Below are positions 58,501-64,000 of a DNA stretch of 64,000 bases, piece after piece (within the stretch, counting starts at the first letter, position 1; each line of letters begins with the position of its first letter). Location: contig OZ024740.1 in the NCBI GenBank assembly GCA_964016885.1, positions 5,952,001 through 6,016,000 of the forward strand, in the 5' to 3' direction. A program made the translations under genes and the position numbers. Source of the stretch: Eledone cirrhosa (lineage: Eukaryota). Under the pieces are notes generated by a model. It made no database searches and was not told the DNA's origin. It was given only the letters and a program-made list of their open reading frames with translations.

Positions 58501-61500
58501 TCCACTGTACAAAACTCCACTGTACATACCTCCACTGCACATACCTCCACTGTACATAACTCTACTGTACATACCTCCATTGCACATACCTCCACGGTAC
58601 ATACCTCCATTGCACATACCTCCACGGTACATACCTCCATTGTACATACCTCCACTGTACATACCTCCACTGTACATACATACCTTCACTCTACATACCT
58701 CCACTGTACATACCTCCACTGTACATACCTCCTCTGTACATACCTCCACTGTACATAGCTCCACTGCACATACCTCCACTGTACATACCTCCACTGTACA
58801 TACCTCCACTGTACATACCTTCACTGAACATACCTCCACTGCACATACATCCACTGTACATACCTCCACTGTACATACCTCCACAGCACATACCTCCACT
58901 GCACATACCTCCACTGCACATACCTCCACTGTACATACCTCCACTGTACATACCTCCTCTGCACATACCTCCACTGCACATACCTAAACTGCACATACCT
59001 CCACTGTACATACCTCCACGGTACAACCATCCAATGTACATACCTCCACTGTACATACCTCCACCTTACATACATCCACTGCACATACCTCCAGTGCACA
59101 TACCTTCACTGTACATACCTCCACCGTACATACCTCCACTGCACATACCTCCACTGCACATACATCCACTGCACATACCTCCACTGTAAATACCTCCACT
59201 GTACATACCTCCACTGCACATACCTCCACTGTACATACCTCCACTGCACATACCTCCACTGCACATATCTCCACTGCACATACCTCCACTGCACATACCT
59301 CCGCTGCACATATCTCCACTATACAAACCTCCACTGCACATACCTCCACTGTACATAACTCCACTGCACATACTTCCACTACACATACCTACACTGTACA
59401 TACCTCCACTGTACATAACACCACTGCACATACCTCCACTGCACATGCCACCACTGTACATACCTCCACTGTACATACCTCCACTGCACATACCTCCACT
59501 GCACATGACTCCACTGTACATACCTCCACTGTACATACCTCCATTGTACATACCTCCACTGCACATAGCTCCACTGTACATACCTCCACTGCACATACCT
59601 CCACTGTACATACCTCCACTGTACATACCTCCACTGCACATACCTCCACTGCACATACCTCCACTGCACACATCTCCACTGTACATACCTCCACTGCACA
59701 TACCTCCATGGCACATACATCCACTGTACATACCTCCACTGAACATACCTCCACTGCACAGATCTCCACTGCACATACCTCCCCTGCACATACCTCCAAT
59801 GCACATATCTCCACTGTACATACCTCCACTGTACATACATCCACTGCACATACCTCCGCTGCTCATACATACCTCCACCGTACATACCTCGACTGTACAT
59901 ACCTCCACTGTACATACCACCACTGTACATACCTCCACTGTACATACCTCCACTGCACATACCTCAACTGCACATATCTCCACTGCACATAGATACCTGC
60001 ACTGTACATACCTCCACTGTACATAACTCCACTGCACGTACCTCCACTGTATATGCCTCCACTGCACATACATTCCGCCACTGCCAATACCTCCACTGTA
60101 CATACCTCCACTGCACATACCTCCACTGTACATACCTTCACTGCACGTAGCTCCACTGCACATACCGCCACTGTACATACCTCTACTGTACATACCTCCA
60201 CTGCACATACCTCCACTGTACATACCTCCACTGTACATACCTCCACTGCACATACCTCCACTGTGCATACCTCCACTGCACATAGATAACAGCACTGTAC
60301 ATACCTCCACTGCACATCCATACCTCCACTGCACATACCTCCACTGCACACCTCCACTGTACATACCTCCACTGCACATACATCCACTGTACATACCTCC
60401 ACTGCACATACCTCAACTGCACATATCTCCACTGTACATAACTCCACTGCACATACCTCCACTGCACACCTCCACTGTACATACCTCCACTGCACATACA
60501 TCCACTGTACATACCTCCACTGCACATACCTCAACTGCACATATCTCCACTGTACATACCTCCACTGCACATACCTCCACTGCACACCTCCACTGCACAT
60601 ACCTCCCCTGCACATACCTCCACTGTACATACCTCCACTGCACATACCTCCACAGCACATACCTCCACTGCACATACCTCCACTACACATACCTCCACTG
60701 CACATATCTCTACTGCACATACCTCCGCTGCACATATCTCCTATATACATACTTCCACTGCACATACCTACACTGTACATACCTACACTGTACATACCAC
60801 CACTGCACATACCTCCACTATACATAGCTCCACTGCACATCCATACCTCCACTGCACATGCCTCCACTGTCGATACCTCCACTGCACATAGCTCCACTGC
60901 ACATACCTCCACTGTACATATCTCCACTGTACATACCTCCACTGTACATACCTCCACTGCACACACCTCCACTGTACGTACCTCCACTGTACATACTTCC
61001 ACTGCACATACCTCCACTGTACTTACCTCCACTGTACATACCACCACTGCACATACCTCCACTGCACATCCATTCCTCCACTGTACATACCTCCACTGTA
61101 CATACCTCCACTGCACATACCTCCACTGCACATACCTCCACTGTACATACCTCCACTGCCCATACCTCTACTCTACATACCTCCACTGGACATACATCCA
61201 CTGCACATACCTCCACTGTACATACCTCCACTGTACATACCTCCACTGTACATACCTCCACTGTACATACCTCCATTACACATACCTCCTATGTACATAC
61301 CTCCAATGCACATACCTCCACTGCAGATACCTCCACAGTACATACCTCGACTGAACATACCTCCACTGCACATACCTCCACTGCACATACCTCCAGTGTA
61401 CATACCTCCACTGCACATATCTCAACTGTACATACCTCCACTGCACATACCTCCACTGCACATACCTCCACTGTACATACCTCCACTGTACACACCTCCA

Positions 61501-64000
61501 CTGCACATACCTCCACTGTACATACCTCCACTGCGCATAGATACATGCACTGTACATACCTCCACCGTACATACCCCACTGCACATACCTCCAATGCACA
61601 TATATCCACTGCACATACCTCCACTGTAAATACCTCCACTGTACATACCTCCACTGCACACACCTCCACTGTACAGGCCTCCACTGCACATACCTCCACT
61701 GTACATACGTCCACTGTACATACCTCCATTGTACATACCTCCACTGCACATACCACCACTGTACATACCTCCACTGCACATACCTCCACTGTACATACCT
61801 CAACTGTACATACCTCCACTGCACATACCTCAACTGCACATACCTCCACTGCACATATCTCTACTGCACATACCTCCACTGCACATACATCCACTGCACA
61901 TAGATACCTGCCCTGTACATACCTCCACCGTACATACCTCCACCGCACATACCTCCAATGCACATATATCCACTGCACATACCTCCACTGTAAATACCTC
62001 CACTGTACATACCTCCACTGCACATACCTCCACTGTACATGCCTCCACTGTACATACCTCCACTATACATACCTCCACTGCACATACCACCACTGTACAT
62101 ACCTCCACTGCACATACCTCCACTGTACATAACTCCACTGTACATACCACCACTGCACATACCTCCACTGCACATACCTCCACTGCACATATCTCTACTG
62201 CACATACCTCCACTGCACATACCACCGCTGCACCTACCTCCACTGTACATTCCCTCACTGCACATACATCCACTATACATACCTCCACTGCACATCATAC
62301 ATCCACTGCACATAGCTGCACTGTACATAGCTCCACTGCACATACCTCCACTGTACATACCTCCACTATACATACCTCCACTGCACATACCACCACTGTA
62401 CATACCTCCACTGCACATACCTCCACTGTACATAACTCCACTGTACATACCACCACTGCACATACAACCACTGCACATACCTCCACTGCACATACCTCCA
62501 CTGTACATACCTCCACTGTACATACCACCGCTGCACCTACCTCCACTGTACATTCCCCCACTGCACATACCTCCACTGCACATACCTCGACTGTACATAC
62601 CTCCATTGCATATACCTCCACGCCACATATATCCACTGTACATACCTCCACTGTACATACCTCCACTGCACATACCTCCACTGCACATATCTCCACTGCA
62701 CATACCTCCACTGCACATAACTTCACTGCACATATCTCCACTGTACATACCTCCACTGCACATACCTCCACTGCACATACATCCACTGTACATACCCCCA
62801 CTGCACATACCTCCACTGCACATATCTCCACTGCACATACCTACACTGTACATATCTCCACTGTACATACCTCCACTTACATACCACTGTACATACCTCC
62901 ACTGTACATACCTACACTGCACATACTTCCACAGCACATTCCTCCACTGTACATATCTCCACTGCACATAGACCCACTGTACATACCTCCAATGCAGATA
63001 ACTCCACTGTACATACCTCCACTGCACATACCTCCATTGCACATACCTCCACTGTACATACCTCCACTGTACATACCTCCACTGCACATACACCCACTAT
63101 ACATAACTCCACTGCACATACCTCCACTGCACATACATACCTCCACTGTACTTACCTCCATGCACATACCTCCACTGCACATACCTCCACTGTACATACC
63201 TCCTGTGTACATACCTCCACTGTACAAAACTCCACTGTACATACCTCCACTGCACATACCTCCACTGTACATAACTCTACTGTACATACCTCCATTGCAC
63301 ATACCTCCACGGTATATACCTCCATTGCACATACCTCCACGGTACATACCTCCACTGTACACACCTCCACTGCACATATCTCTACTGGACATACCTCCAC
63401 TGCAGATACCTCCACTGTACATACCTCCACTGTACATGCCTCCACTGCACATACCTCCACTGTGCATACCTCCACTGCACATAGATACCTGCACTGTACA
63501 TACCTCCACTGTACATACCTCCACTGCACATAGCTCCACTGCACATACCTCCACTGTACATACCTCTACTGTACATATCTCCACTGCAGAAACCTCCACT
63601 GTACATGCCTCCACTGTACATACCTCCACTGTACATACCTCCACTGTACATTCCTCCACTGCACATACCTCCACTGTACATACCTCTACTGTACACATCT
63701 CCACTGCACATACCTCCACTGTACATGCCTCCACTGTACATACCTCCACTGTACATACCTCCACTGTACATTCCTCCACTGCACAAACCTCCACTGTACA
63801 TTCCTCCAATGCACATACCTCCACTGTACATACCTTCACTGTACATACCTCCACTGCACATACCTCCACTGCATATTCCTCCACTCTACATACCTCCATT
63901 GTACATACCTCCACTGTACATACCTCCACTGCACATACCACCACTGTACATACCTCCACTGCACATACCTCCACTGCACATACCTCCACTGCACATACAT
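40559..64000. repeat. 15-bp tandem satellite B, consensus CATACCTCCACTGYA, runs off the right edge
   Basis: Read directly. Two main variants (ctgta and ctgca), with occasional 13-, 14- and 19-bp monomers. Confidence 0.98.

Noticed and set aside
40509-64000. Long ORFs (up to 1308 aa) of HTSTV / IPPLY / YLHCT / VEVCT / YSGGM / VQWRY repeats resembling mucins or Cys-rich proteins
   Set aside because: The 15-bp monomer is stop-free in all six frames and indels switch freely between frames. No frame preference, signal peptide or unique domain is seen.

Overview
Eukaryotic, gene-free, heterochromatin-like window. The (TA)n/(CA)n density and the SINE/RTE repertoire suggest a coleoid cephalopod (octopus-like) genome, which is an inference. 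It has three parts. (1) 1-25096: a 28-bp satellite (AGTGTAGTGTCATGTTGAGATAGTATAT, about 896 monomers) with kb-scale internal duplications. (2) About 25.1-40.5 kb: a transposon island containing a mariner relic, a Penelope-like (PLE) relic, a 5'-truncated but open RTE LINE with a C4HC3 PHD finger inserted in its RT, restriction-like-endonuclease (RLE) LINE relics, SINEs, a near-complete PLE (RT + CxCx5C linker + GIY-YIG) whose 3' region holds a 68-bp perfect palindrome and a minimal type I hammerhead ribozyme, a 611-bp non-coding TSD-flanked element, and a Gypsy RNase H/integrase relic. (3) 40559-64000: a 15-bp satellite (CATACCTCCACTGYA) with an 11,048-bp near-identical duplication. Nearly all ORFs in the supplied track are artefacts of stop-free repeats. 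No host gene could be supported.
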